Positions 27,609 to 37,802 are shown, numbered from the stretch's first letter. The stretch is DNA of 64,000 bases from Candidatus Binatia bacterium (GCA_963666515.2 OY762897.2:2112001-2176000), one strand, 5' to 3'. Program-made: numbers and translations. Notes: generated from the letters alone by a model not told the origin.

Positions 27609-28727
27609 CTAGTCAAAACCATAAAACCGCGCGCAGTTGTCCCACAGGATCTTGCGCTTGGCCTCGTCGGACAGGTCGAGTTCCAGGAACCCCTCCACCG
27701 CATGGGGATACTTGGAGTCACCGTGCGGGTAGTCGGTGGAAAAGACGAGCTGGTCGCAGCCGAACTCCTCGATGGTGAACCGCGCCGGGGTCTCGTCCGG
27801 CTCGATGGAAATCCAGCATTGGTCCTTGAAGTAATCGCTGGGTTTCCGGTCCAGATCGGGCATGTAGACGTCGCCCTCCCGCTCGAAACCCTCGTCGAAG
27901 CGCCAGAGGAGCCACGGCAGCCACGAGCAGTTGGCTTCCAGGAACGCCACCCGCAGCCTGGGATGACGCGCGAGCACGCCGCCGCCGACAAAGCTCCCGA
28001 GCCCCATCATCTGCTCCAGGGGCTGGGAATAGACGCGCCTCAGGCCGAAGTTGGGCTCGAACTGCTCGCCGGCCTGGGCTGTGCGGGAAGTGGTGGCTTC
28101 GTGGAACCCGATGGGAACGGCCAACTCCTCCAGGGTATTCCACAGGGGCTCGTAGTACGGGTCGTGCAGGGCTTTGCCGTTGACGATGTTGGACCTCAGG
28201 AAGACCGTGCGGAAGCCGTACTCGCCCACCACCCGGCGCGTCTCCTCCACCGCGTCGTTGATGTCGTAGACCGAGATCATGCCGGCGCCGAACAGCCGGT
28301 TCGGGTCGGCTCGGCAAAAGTCGTGGAGCCAGTCGTTGTAGGCCCGCGCCAGAGCCGCGGCGAATTCCCGCGTGTGTCCCGGAAAGGTGAGCACATGGAG
28401 GCCCCGGGTCGGGAACAGCACCGCGGCGTCGATGCCCTCCACGTCCATGGCCTCGAGCTGCACCTCGCCGGTCCAGCCCCTTTCGGAGTGGTCACGGTAG
28501 GTGTTCTGGTTCTTCTCGTAGTTGTGGCCGCGATGCTCCTCCGTGCCGGTGCGGCGCGTCTCAGCCGCCTTGTCGGGGAAGCGCAGCCCCAGGTCCCGAA
28601 CGTTCTCGGACGTGCGCCCCAGCGGAGCCTGTGCCTGAAACTCCGGCGGCAGGTACCGGGGCCACAGATCCGTGGGTTCCATGATGTGCATGTCGCTGTC
28701 GAATACTTTGAAACCGTCCCTGGCCAT
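27609..28727 (-). CDS. Amidohydrolase_2 family
   Basis: DSDMHIMEP, STDYPHGD. Confidence 0.9.
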   Translation of the reverse strand: MARDGFKVFDSDMHIMEPTDLWPRYLPPEFQAQAPLGRTSENVRDLGLRFPDKAAETRRTGTEEHRGHNYEKNQNTYRDHSERGWTGEVQLEAMDVEGIDAAVLFPTRGLHVLTFPGHTREFAAALARAYNDWLHDFCRADPNRLFGAGMISVYDINDAVEETRRVVGEYGFRTVFLRSNIVNGKALHDPYYEPLWNTLEELAVPIGFHEATTSRTAQAGEQFEPNFGLRRVYSQPLEQMMGLGSFVGGGVLARHPRLRVAFLEANCSWLPWLLWRFDEGFEREGDVYMPDLDRKPSDYFKDQCWISIEPDETPARFTIEEFGCDQLVFSTDYPHGDSKYPHAVEGFLELDLSDEAKRKILWDNCARFYGFD

Positions 28728-28808
28728 GAACTTGCCCCTTTCCTTGCGGGGAGCCCACACGCGCCGCCTTGGGGGCCGCCGCCCGCTCCGTCTCCCCGAT
28801 GGATGAGA

Positions 28809-28835
28809 AAGGCCGCCCCTCGGGAGGGCGGCCTT
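28809..28835 (-). terminator. Terminator-like hairpin
   Basis: AAGGCCGCCC/GGGCGGCCTT just after the 28840 stop; short T tract. Confidence 0.6.
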
Positions 28836-28839
28836 CGCG

Positions 28840-29901
28840 TTACTGTACCGGCTGAGAAATGTCGAGTTGGTAGAGGTTCTTGACGTTGGTGCAGACCAGC
28901 TTCTTCCGTATGTCCGCCGGCAGGTGGCCCAGGTCGCGCTCGATATAGCGCTTGGACTCCGGCCACGTGGAGTTGGCGTGGGGGTAGTCGTTGGACCACA
29001 TGCAGTTGTCCTGACCCCACCACTCGAAGTTGTGCCCGGCCACCGTGTCGCGGAAGAAGGTGCCGAAGAACTGCTCGTTGAAGTACTCGCTGGGGTTCTT
29101 GGTGATGGAGATGGGGTTCTCTCCCTTGAACCGGTTCCAGTAGTAGTCCCACTGCTGCAGCATGAACGGCATCCAGCCGATCTCGTTCTCGACGCACACG
29201 AACTTGAGCTTGGGGTGGCGCTCCATGATGCCGTAGAAGATGAAGTCGAAGACGGCGTTGATGATCTCCTGGAGCTTCAGGTTGACGCTGCCGCGGTAGG
29301 GCTCGACGCCGATGCGCTGGTTACCGAACACGGTTTTCTTGTGGTAGCCGTGGCCGGTGAGGATGTGCAGGTGCACCGGCAGCTCGAGGTCCGCGGAAGC
29401 GGCCCAGAACTTCTCGTAGTGGTCCGAGTGGAACGGCAGGTCCGCGTGCGGCGCCTGCCAGATGAGCGAGCCCTTGAGACCCTTCTTGGCGCAGCGCTCG
29501 AGTTCCTTCACCGCGTTGTCGATGTCGTACATGGAGATGGCCGCCACCCCTACCAGCCGGTTGGGCGCCACCGAGGAGTAGTCCACCACCCAGTCGTTGT
29601 AGGCGCCGAATGAAACTTCCTGCAGCTTGGCGTCATCCATGGCGAAGTGCGGCAGCAGGTAGGTCGGGAAGAGTACCTCCGCGCTCACCCCGTCGGTCTC
29701 CATCTCGGTGATGCGCTTGTCCGGGTCCGATCCGCCCGGCTGGGTCTGAAAGCTCTCCCCCAACTTCAACTGGGGAAAGCGCGGCACCTGGTCCCTGTAC
29801 CCTTTGGGAGCCCTTTCCACCAGGATGTCCGACGGCTCCATGACGTGGGAGTCCGATGAAATAATGACTTCACAGCCCGCCAGTGTTCCGTTGTCTGCCA
29901 T
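28840..29901 (-). CDS. Amidohydrolase_2 family
   Basis: SSDSHVMEP, WSNDYPHANSTWP. Confidence 0.9.
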   Translation of the reverse strand: MADNGTLAGCEVIISSDSHVMEPSDILVERAPKGYRDQVPRFPQLKLGESFQTQPGGSDPDKRITEMETDGVSAEVLFPTYLLPHFAMDDAKLQEVSFGAYNDWVVDYSSVAPNRLVGVAAISMYDIDNAVKELERCAKKGLKGSLIWQAPHADLPFHSDHYEKFWAASADLELPVHLHILTGHGYHKKTVFGNQRIGVEPYRGSVNLKLQEIINAVFDFIFYGIMERHPKLKFVCVENEIGWMPFMLQQWDYYWNRFKGENPISITKNPSEYFNEQFFGTFFRDTVAGHNFEWWGQDNCMWSNDYPHANSTWPESKRYIERDLGHLPADIRKKLVCTNVKNLYQLDISQPVQ

Positions 29902-29995
29902 TTGATTGTCCCCCTTGCGAACGTTTCACAAATTTTCGCGCACTTAACCTAGCGTCTAGCATTACCGGTCTTGGGGCGTCAAGATTCGCCCTCCT

Positions 29996-31174
29996 TCACG
30001 TAACGCCGTTCTCGCGCAACTCCGCCAGCGCCTCCTCGTCGTAGCCGAGGCCGCGCAGGATTTCGTCGGTGTTCTCGCCCAGAACCGGCGCCGCGCGGTG
30101 AAACCGCATGGGCGTGTCGGACAACTGGATAGCGTTGCCGATGAGGTTGCTTGTCCCCATGCCGGGATGGCGGATCTCCTGCGGCAGGCCCATCTCCTTC
30201 ACCTGCGGGTCGTCCAGCACCTCCTCGATCTTGTATATCGGCGCGTTGGGCACGCTGACCGCGTCCAGGGCATCAAGCCAGTGGTCCCGCGGCTTTTTCT
30301 CGAACTCCGCCTGCAGGATGGGGACGATGTCATAGTGGTGCTTCCAGCGGTCGTTGCGGGTGGCGAAGCGCGGGTCGTCCAGCAGGTCCCGGCGGCCCAC
30401 GGCGCTCACCAGCCCCTCCCAGGCCTTCTGGTGTCCGGAGAGGTGGATCACCAACGGTTTACGGTCGCTGGGGATGAAGCAGTAGATGCGCCCGCGCGGG
30501 AAGTTTTCCCGGGTGATGGCTTCGCCGCCGTTCAGGTAGTCGGCCATGTGCGACTCGATGAACGCCAAGCTGATGCGCAGCAGCGAGGCGTCGACGAACT
30601 GGCCGCGGCCGGTGTGGTGGCGCGCCAGCAGCGCCCCGAGGATGCCGTAGGCGGCGAACACCCCGGTGGAATGATCGGTGACCGAGACCCCCACTACCTT
30701 GGGCTTGTCGAAGTCGGTCATGAGGCTCAGCATGCCGCTCAGGGCTTGGCCGATGGTGTCGAAGCCGGGCTTGTCGCGGTAGGGGCCCTCCTGGCCGTAC
30801 CCCGTGATGGAGCAATGGACCAGCCTGGGATTGAGTTCGGAAAGGCGCTCGTAGTCGAGGCCGAGCTTCGTGCGCGTCTCGGGACGGAAGTTCTCCAGCA
30901 GGACATCAGCCTTTTCCAGCAGCTTGAGCAGGATCTCCTTGCCCTGGGGCTTGCGGAGGTCCAGGGTGAGGCTCCGCTTGTTGCGGTTGAGCGCCCGGAA
31001 GCTCGGTCCGTAGCCCTCGTACAGCGGATTCCGCCCGCGGTGCGTATCACCCCCGTCGGGCAACTCCACCTTGATGACGTCGCACCCGAGGTCGCCCAAG
31101 AGGCTCCCGCAGAACGGCCCGGCCACGTGGCCGCTTAGATCCAGCGCCATGGTCCCCTGCAATGCCGCGTTCAT
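29996..31174 (-). CDS. CaiB/BaiF family III CoA-transferase
   Basis: AGPFCG, NRNKRSLTLDL, ENFRP, catalytic Asp region VSVTD. Confidence 0.93.
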   Translation of the reverse strand: MNAALQGTMALDLSGHVAGPFCGSLLGDLGCDVIKVELPDGGDTHRGRNPLYEGYGPSFRALNRNKRSLTLDLRKPQGKEILLKLLEKADVLLENFRPETRTKLGLDYERLSELNPRLVHCSITGYGQEGPYRDKPGFDTIGQALSGMLSLMTDFDKPKVVGVSVTDHSTGVFAAYGILGALLARHHTGRGQFVDASLLRISLAFIESHMADYLNGGEAITRENFPRGRIYCFIPSDRKPLVIHLSGHQKAWEGLVSAVGRRDLLDDPRFATRNDRWKHHYDIVPILQAEFEKKPRDHWLDALDAVSVPNAPIYKIEEVLDDPQVKEMGLPQEIRHPGMGTSNLIGNAIQLSDTPMRFHRAAPVLGENTDEILRGLGYDEEALAELRENGVT

Positions 31175-31398
31175 GATTCAGGACGCCTCCCTTTCGCCAC
31201 ACCGCTGCCACTGCCCTTGAGACTCCGTAGTGGACCAATTCGCACAGATCGTTCGATAGTTCCCGCATCGGGGTTCTCGGGCATGACGAGTTCCAGGAGA
31301 AGCTGCAGTCGCTGGTTCCCGGACAGCTTCCGGTAGTAAGCGTAGTCGGCTTCTTCTTCCTCGGCGAAGGAGGTGAATTTGCGAACTACCCTTTCCAT
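31171..31398 (-). CDS. Small hypothetical protein (antitoxin-like)
   Basis: MERVVRKFTSFAEEEEADYAYYRKLSGNQRLQLLLEL; ATGA overlap with the CoA-transferase start. Confidence 0.5.
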   Translation of the reverse strand: MERVVRKFTSFAEEEEADYAYYRKLSGNQRLQLLLELVMPENPDAGTIERSVRIGPLRSLKGSGSGVAKGRRPES

Positions 31399-31493
31399 AA
31401 CGGCCTTCGACGGCTTCCCAGTATAGCCGATATGGACCATAGTGGGGAACGGGAACAGAGGATTGAGATGACCGAGATACCGACGGAGGACTC

Positions 31494-31874
31494 GTGAAGG
31501 ACGGAATCGTGAAAGGACTCGAAGGCGAGTGGGTGATCGAAACGACGCGGGAGATGGCGGCGGCGCATATCGCGGACGAAGGTCTCCTGGTCTACTCGAC
31601 GCCCGCCATGGTCGGCCACATGGAGCGCGCCTGCGTGGAGACGGTACGCCCGTACCTGGACGACGACGAGGTGTCGCTGGGGGTGCGGGTAGAGATCTCC
31701 CACATCGCCGGAACGGGAATGGGCGAGACCGTCCGCACGAGCGCGAAACTCACCGGCGTGGAAGGCCGCCGCCTGAGCTTTACGGTGGAGGCGCACAACG
31801 AACGCGAGAAGATCGGCGAGGGTAGCCACCAGCGCGTGGTGGTGAAACGGGACCGGCTGCCGTCAAAGAAGTGA
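31494..31874 (+). CDS. FlK-type hotdog thioesterase
   Basis: STPAMVGHMERAC, SH, GEGSHQR. Confidence 0.9.
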   Translation: MKDGIVKGLEGEWVIETTREMAAAHIADEGLLVYSTPAMVGHMERACVETVRPYLDDDEVSLGVRVEISHIAGTGMGETVRTSAKLTGVEGRRLSFTVEAHNEREKIGEGSHQRVVVKRDRLPSKK

Positions 31875-32015
31875 CCACCCGCCGCCCCGCGCCGGCGCCG
31901 GGCCGCGCTTGACAGCCCGTCGGGGCGCGTGGTGATATTGGGCGCCGCGCGGGTTTGGCTGCGCGGGCGGCTTCGGCAAGAACTTCATGGGCGTGCGACG
32001 GCGACGGAGCGACAC

Positions 32016-32705
32016 ATGGCAGGCACCAGTTCCCTGAGAGAGAGGCTCGAAGCCGCGGTGCTGGAGCGGCACTGCGCGAACCATCCGCTGACCGAGAAGT
32101 GGGCCGCGGGCAAGCTCAGCCGCAACGCCATGATGGGTTGGGCCATCGAGCAGTACCACTGGATCAGCAACATCTACCGCGGCGAGCTGTACAAGGCGGC
32201 CAATACGCCGCTCGAGGTGCAGCGGCTGCTGCTGGGCAACTACCTGGAGGAGAGCGACCCGGAACGGCCGCACCTGGACATCATCCTGCGCTTTTGCACC
32301 GCCAACGGCGGCGACGCCGAGGCCGCCAAGCGCGGCCGCGGACTGCCCACCACCGAAGCCTGGGCGACCTGGTTCAACCGGGTGTGCAGGGACGAGTCCT
32401 TCATCTGCAGCGTGGCCGCCACCAACATCGGCACCGAGTCCCAGTCGCCCATGCTGTACAGCAAGGTGCTTCCGGCCCTGCGTGACGTCTACCACTTCGA
32501 CGAAGACGCCATCGAGCACTTCTGGCTCCACGCGGACGTGGATACCGAGCATGGCGGCCGGGGCTTCGATATCCTGGAACGGTACTGCACCACACCCGAG
32601 CTACAGCAGATGGCCGTCGATTACGCCCGGGAGAGCGCGAAGATGCGCTGGTTCTTCTTCGACGGCATCTACATCCACTACGAGATGGGCTACGAGTTGC
32701 GGTAG
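32016..32705 (+). CDS. CADD/PqqC/TenA-fold heme-oxygenase-like diiron protein
   Basis: NYLEE..PH, GTESQSP, FWLHADVDTEH ligand set; GGAG RBS. Confidence 0.85.
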   Translation: MAGTSSLRERLEAAVLERHCANHPLTEKWAAGKLSRNAMMGWAIEQYHWISNIYRGELYKAANTPLEVQRLLLGNYLEESDPERPHLDIILRFCTANGGDAEAAKRGRGLPTTEAWATWFNRVCRDESFICSVAATNIGTESQSPMLYSKVLPALRDVYHFDEDAIEHFWLHADVDTEHGGRGFDILERYCTTPELQQMAVDYARESAKMRWFFFDGIYIHYEMGYELR

Positions 32706-32735
32706 GCTGCAACGTAGCGGCGTGAAGGGCACGGC

Positions 32736-33788
32736 ATGAAGACCGAACCGCAGGATTTAACAGAGCTGGACAGCTATCTCGCGGACCGATGGCTGTCGGG
32801 CCTGTGGAAGCTGGACCGCCACGAACGCACGCCCGACCCCCAGACGAAGGTGGTGCCGCACCTGTGGAAATGGAAAGACGTTTACGAGAGTCTCCAGCAG
32901 GCCCGGGACCGCATCGGCATCGAGAAGGGGCGCACCGAGCGCCGCACCATCCGTCTGGTCAACCCCGGGATGCGGCACATCGAGATGACCAGCCACACCA
33001 TGCTACTGGCCTGCCAGATGATCCAGCCCGGCGAGGTGGCCCCGGCCCACCGCCACACCATGGCCGCCATCCGTTTCATCGTCCAGGGCGAAGGCGCCTA
33101 CACGGTGGTCAACGGCGAGAAGCTCGACATGGCGGAGGGGGACCTGATCCTCACGCCGCAGTGGACGTGGCACGACCACGGACACGAGGGCGCCGAGCCG
33201 ATGGTCTGGCTCGACGGCCTCGACGTTCCGCTGATCCAGTCGCTGCAGGTGATCTCCTACGAGCCCTATTCCGAGGAGAAGCAGGCGACCCGGGCGAGCG
33301 AGCAGGAAGCGTCGCATTTCGGCATGACCCGCCCGGTGCGATCTGACGACCAAGGCGCGCCTGCGCCGCTCCACTACCGCTGGGAAGACACCTACCGCTC
33401 GCTACAGGCGCTGGCCGAGACGCCCGGCGACCCCTACGACGGCGTCGCCCTCGAATACGTGAATCCCCTCACCGGCGGCAGGACGCTACCGACCCTGTCC
33501 TGCTGGGCTCAGATGCTGCGCCCAGGCGAGCGCACCCGCGCTCACCGTCACAACAGCACCAGCATCTACCACGCGCTCCGCGGCAGCGGCGCCACGGTCA
33601 TCAACGGCCAGACGCTGGAGTGGAACAAGGGAGACACGTTCATCGTGCCGCTGTGGAGCTGGCACGAGCACGCCAATCGCTCGGACGGCGAGGAGGCGGT
33701 CCTGTTTTCCATGCACGATATTCCCGTGCTGGAGGCCTTCGGGCTGCACCGCCAGGAGAGCATGGACGAATCCGGCATGGGAATGTAG
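32736..33788 (+). CDS. Gentisate 1,2-dioxygenase-family bicupin
   Basis: ERRTIRLVNPG, APAHRH, WTWHDH, EYVNPLTGG. Confidence 0.9.
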   Translation: MKTEPQDLTELDSYLADRWLSGLWKLDRHERTPDPQTKVVPHLWKWKDVYESLQQARDRIGIEKGRTERRTIRLVNPGMRHIEMTSHTMLLACQMIQPGEVAPAHRHTMAAIRFIVQGEGAYTVVNGEKLDMAEGDLILTPQWTWHDHGHEGAEPMVWLDGLDVPLIQSLQVISYEPYSEEKQATRASEQEASHFGMTRPVRSDDQGAPAPLHYRWEDTYRSLQALAETPGDPYDGVALEYVNPLTGGRTLPTLSCWAQMLRPGERTRAHRHNSTSIYHALRGSGATVINGQTLEWNKGDTFIVPLWSWHEHANRSDGEEAVLFSMHDIPVLEAFGLHRQESMDESGMGM

Positions 33789-33854
33789 CCACTGTTAACA
33801 GTGCGTCGATGACCAAAATAACCAAAGCGTGCCAACGAAGGAGGAACCACGACG

Positions 33855-34904
33855 ATGGACAGATACCGTGCAACGATACTGACTTCGATTCTTGCAGCGC
33901 TCGTCCTGTGCGCTGCCCCGGCGCCCGCGGCGGACTACTATGAGGGCAAGACCATCAGCGTCCTGGTCTCTTCGAGCCCCGGCGGCGGCACCGACGCCAC
34001 CGCGCGGCTGGTCTCGCGTTTCCTGCCGAAGTTCATACCCGGCAACCCCAAGACCATCGTGCAGAACATGCCCGGCGGCGGCGGCACCGTGGTCAACAAC
34101 TACTACACGCGCCGGGCCAAGCCGGACGGGCTGACCCTGCTGCAGGATTCCTCGTCCGCGCTGAGCACCTACGTGCGCGGCGGCAAGCGGGTCCGGTACA
34201 ATCCCAGGACGTATTCGTACATCGGCTCCATCATGCGCGGCGGCAGCATCCTCATGGTGCGGAAGGACGCGCGCAAACGCCTCACCGACTCCAAGGCCAA
34301 GCCCGTGGTGGTGGGCGATTCGGACGGCATCCGCACCTGGGTGGCCATGACCGTCTGGGGAGCCAAGTACCTGGGTTGGAACAACCGCTGGATCTTCGGC
34401 TACGCCGGCACCGGCGAGATGGTCCTGGCGCTCAGGCAGGGCGAGATCGAGATGTGGGGCACCGGCAACGCCAAGCTCATCCGGGATCTGCAACGGGACG
34501 GCGTGGTGGACCCGCTGGTGCTGCTGACGGACCAGCGCCGCAAGGACTTCCCCGACATCCCGACCTTCGAGGAAGTGCTCGGCGACAAGAAACCCGGCGG
34601 CATCTCCTGGCAGGCCTACAAGGTATGGGCCGGCCCTTCGGACGTGGACAAGTTTCTCCACGCCCCCAAAGGAACCCCCGCGAACGTCATGGACATCCTA
34701 CACGGGGCCTGGGCCAAGATGGTGCAGGATCCGAAGTTCCAGACCGAGGCCACCAAGTTCTTCGGCGAGGCCTGGAGGACCCGTGACGGTGCAGCCACGG
34801 CCAAGCTCGTGATGGAAGTGACCAACGCTTCACAGGAGGTGAAGGACTTCCTCTTCAACATCCGCAAGGAGCACGGCCTGCCCACGGGCAAGAAGAAGAA
34901 ATAA
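33855..34904 (+). CDS. tctC: TTT substrate-binding protein
   Basis: Signal peptide, SPGGGTDATAR, QNMPGGGG. Confidence 0.9.
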   Translation: MDRYRATILTSILAALVLCAAPAPAADYYEGKTISVLVSSSPGGGTDATARLVSRFLPKFIPGNPKTIVQNMPGGGGTVVNNYYTRRAKPDGLTLLQDSSSALSTYVRGGKRVRYNPRTYSYIGSIMRGGSILMVRKDARKRLTDSKAKPVVVGDSDGIRTWVAMTVWGAKYLGWNNRWIFGYAGTGEMVLALRQGEIEMWGTGNAKLIRDLQRDGVVDPLVLLTDQRRKDFPDIPTFEEVLGDKKPGGISWQAYKVWAGPSDVDKFLHAPKGTPANVMDILHGAWAKMVQDPKFQTEATKFFGEAWRTRDGAATAKLVMEVTNASQEVKDFLFNIRKEHGLPTGKKKK

Positions 34905-34945
34905 CGTCGCGCTGAGCCGCACTATCCGGCAGTCTTCGTCAGCCC

Positions 34946-36454
34946 ATGCTCGAAGCCGCGTTTGACGGCCTGCTCGGCGTCCTGACCCTGCACTCCCTGG
35001 GCATGATGGCCCTGGGAGTGCTGATCGGGAGCATGGTGGGGTTCCTGCCGGGAATCGGCGGCCCCACCACCCTGGCCATCATGCTCCCCTTCGTGATGAC
35101 CATGCAGGATCCCTATCCGGTCATCGCGCTGCTGGTGGGCCTGGACGCCGTGGGCAACACCGCCAGCGCCTTCCCTTCCATCCTCATCTCCATACCCGGG
35201 AGCTCGGGCTCCCAGGCAACCATTCTGGACGGCTATCCCCTGGCCAAGCAGGGCCAGGCGGCGCGGGCGCTGAGCGCCTCCTTCGCGGCCTCGCTGCTGG
35301 GCGGGTTCGTGGGCGCCCTGGTGCTGGTGGCCTCCCTGCCGATCCTGCGCCCGCTGGTGCTGACCTTCGGCTCGCCGGAGTTCTTCGTCCTGACCCTGTG
35401 GGGCCTCACCATGGTCGCGGTGCTGAGCGGCAACGCCCCGGTCAAGGGCATCATCGCCGGCATCATCGGCGTGCTGGTGGCCACCATCGGCATGGACGTG
35501 AAGTCGGGAATCCCCCGGTTCGACTTCGACTACGACTACCTGTGGGACGGCATCAGCCTCATCATCGTCGCCCTGGGCCTGTTCGGCATCCCGGAGATCA
35601 TCGACCTGGCGAGCCGCAAGACCAGCATCGCGGAGCACGAGGAGCTGGGCAGCGGCTTCCTCCAGGGCATCAAGGACGTGTTCCGCCACTGGTGGCTGAT
35701 GGTGCGGTCTTCCGCCATCGGCGCGTGGGTCGGTTTCCTGCCGGGACTCGGCAGCTCCGTTGCCGACTGGTTCGCCTATGCCCACGCGGTGCAGACCGAG
35801 AGGAACACCGAGGGCTTCGGCAAGGGCGACATCCGCGGGGTGATCGCGCCCGAGGCGTCCAACAACGCCAAGGAAGGGGGCGGATACATACCGACCCTGG
35901 CCTTCGGCATCCCGGGCAGCACGTCCACGGCGTTGATCCTCACCGCCTTCGTGGCCGTGGGCATCAAGCCCGGCCCTGACATGCTGACATCGCAGCTCGA
36001 CCTCACCTTCGCGGTGATCTGGACCTTGGTCATCGGCAACGTCATCGCGGTGGTGATGTGCGGCGCCCTCGCCAAGCCCATGGCGCGGGCGTGCTTCATG
36101 CCCTTCCACAGCATCGTGCCGCTGGTGGCGGTGTTCGTCTTCATCGGCGCCTTCGCCGCCAACTTCAGCGTCAACGACCTGCGCGCGCTGCTGGTGTTCT
36201 CGCTGCTGGGCTTCATGATGCGGCGGCACGGCTGGCCGCGGCCGCCGCTGCTCCTGGGGGTGGTGCTGGGCACCAAGATGGAGACCTACCTGTGGCTTTC
36301 CTACACCCGCTACGGTTTCGAGTGGCTGTTGCGGCCGGCCGTCATCATCCTGCTCGTTCTGGTGGCGGCGTCGCTGTGCTACCCCATGCTCAAGGGGCGG
36401 CGCGAGCGGCGGCAAGCCGCCGTTGCCGCGGGTGAGACATCGGGGGAGACATGA
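34946..36454 (+). CDS. tctA: TTT large permease
   Basis: ATILDGYPLAKQG, GVIAPEASNNA. Confidence 0.92.
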   Translation: MLEAAFDGLLGVLTLHSLGMMALGVLIGSMVGFLPGIGGPTTLAIMLPFVMTMQDPYPVIALLVGLDAVGNTASAFPSILISIPGSSGSQATILDGYPLAKQGQAARALSASFAASLLGGFVGALVLVASLPILRPLVLTFGSPEFFVLTLWGLTMVAVLSGNAPVKGIIAGIIGVLVATIGMDVKSGIPRFDFDYDYLWDGISLIIVALGLFGIPEIIDLASRKTSIAEHEELGSGFLQGIKDVFRHWWLMVRSSAIGAWVGFLPGLGSSVADWFAYAHAVQTERNTEGFGKGDIRGVIAPEASNNAKEGGGYIPTLAFGIPGSTSTALILTAFVAVGIKPGPDMLTSQLDLTFAVIWTLVIGNVIAVVMCGALAKPMARACFMPFHSIVPLVAVFVFIGAFAANFSVNDLRALLVFSLLGFMMRRHGWPRPPLLLGVVLGTKMETYLWLSYTRYGFEWLLRPAVIILLVLVAASLCYPMLKGRRERRQAAVAAGETSGET

Positions 36455-36945
36455 ACGGCGACAGACGGCTTCACTACGAGGGCATCCTCTTCACCCTGGC
36501 CGTCGGGCTGGTGCTGCTCTGGGCTCTCCGCGTGGCCCACGGCTGGGACGAGTTGCGCGCATCCATCATCATCTTCGTCCTGGGGGGCATCGGCGTGTGC
36601 CTGGCCGCGCTCCAGGTCGTGATGGACTTGCGCCCGAGGCGTGGCGGAGAGCAGGCAGGAGGCATCCACATGGACGCCCCGGTCCTTCAGTCCTCCGGCC
36701 GCTGGGGCAATGTCGAAATATGGGCCTGGATCCTGGGCTTCTACGCCGCCATCCGGATCATCGGGTTCCCCGCGACGGTCCCGTTGTTCGTCTTCGGCTA
36801 CGCCAAGTTCTACGGCGCGAGCTGGCTGCTCTCCTGCCTCCTGGCCGCCCTGGCCTGGGGGTTCGTCTACGGCGTCTTCGAGCACGTCCTCCACGTGCCC
36901 TGGCCGGAGCCGTGGCTGGCCGGGCTGTTCCTCAGCCCTGCCTGA
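36451..36945 (+). CDS. tctB: TTT small permease
   Basis: 4-5 TM segments, LHVPWP end, ATGA overlap with tctA. Confidence 0.85.
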   Translation: MNGDRRLHYEGILFTLAVGLVLLWALRVAHGWDELRASIIIFVLGGIGVCLAALQVVMDLRPRRGGEQAGGIHMDAPVLQSSGRWGNVEIWAWILGFYAAIRIIGFPATVPLFVFGYAKFYGASWLLSCLLAALAWGFVYGVFEHVLHVPWPEPWLAGLFLSPA

Positions 36946-37735
36946 GGTTGATCACCGAACTCACCCCGCGGCCGGCGTCGGTGTGGATCACCTCGCCGGT
37001 CATGATGCGCGACTGGGACGAAGCCAGCAGCACGTAGGCGGCGGCGTGGTCCTCCGGGACCACGGCGACATCGAGGAGATTGTTGGGGAGCCCCGCCGGC
37101 GGCCGGGGCGCGCCGAAGACGTCGTCGCCTCCGGCCCCCGGGGCCAGAGACGGCGCCGCGCGCAGGCCGGTGGCGGTGCCGGACGGCGCCACTCCGTTCA
37201 CCCGGACCGTGGGCGCCAGTTCGTTGGCCAACTGGCGCACCAGCCCCAGCGCGGCGTGCTTGGAGGCGACGTAGAGGGTACCTCCGCTCACGTAGTAGGA
37301 GGACGTGGAAAGCGTGAAGACCATGTTGCCGCGGGTCTTCATCAGCTCGGGGATGGCGGCCTTGGCGCCCATGAAATAGCCCTTGACGTTGACCCCGAGG
37401 ACCTCTTCGTAGCCCTGCTCCAGTTCCTCGTCCGAAAGCTCCGCCAAGGGCCGTCTGGCGTCGTGGATGCCGGCGTTGCCCACGAACACGGTGAGCTTGC
37501 CGAACTCCGACACAGCCGCGGCCACCGCCCGCCGGTTGTCCGCCAGGCTCCGCACGTCGCCGGAAACGACGGCCACGTTGTCACCTATCTCGTCCTTCAA
37601 CGCGGCCAGCCGTTCTCCCGACATGTCGAAGGCTACCACCTTGGCGCCCTCCTCCACGAAACGCGCCACCACCGCCTTGCCGATTCCGGAACCGGACCCG
37701 GTCACGACCGCCACCTCGTTTTCGAGCCATTGCAT
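36932..37735 (-). CDS. SDR, cis-dihydrodiol dehydrogenase (BphB/HcaB-like)
   Basis: TGSGSGIG, NAGIHD, VNVKGY, YVASKHA. Confidence 0.85.
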   Translation of the reverse strand: MQWLENEVAVVTGSGSGIGKAVVARFVEEGAKVVAFDMSGERLAALKDEIGDNVAVVSGDVRSLADNRRAVAAAVSEFGKLTVFVGNAGIHDARRPLAELSDEELEQGYEEVLGVNVKGYFMGAKAAIPELMKTRGNMVFTLSTSSYYVSGGTLYVASKHAALGLVRQLANELAPTVRVNGVAPSGTATGLRAAPSLAPGAGGDDVFGAPRPPAGLPNNLLDVAVVPEDHAAAYVLLASSQSRIMTGEVIHTDAGRGVSSVINLRQG

Positions 37736-37802
37736 GGACGTCACCTCCTTGATCGTGGCTGTAACATACCAATCACCGGCCCGGTTCGGAACCCGGCGAA
37801 CC

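Noticed and set aside
32016-32705. PQQ biosynthesis or thiamine salvage
   Set aside because: No pqq or thi genes nearby; the ligand pattern is CADD-like
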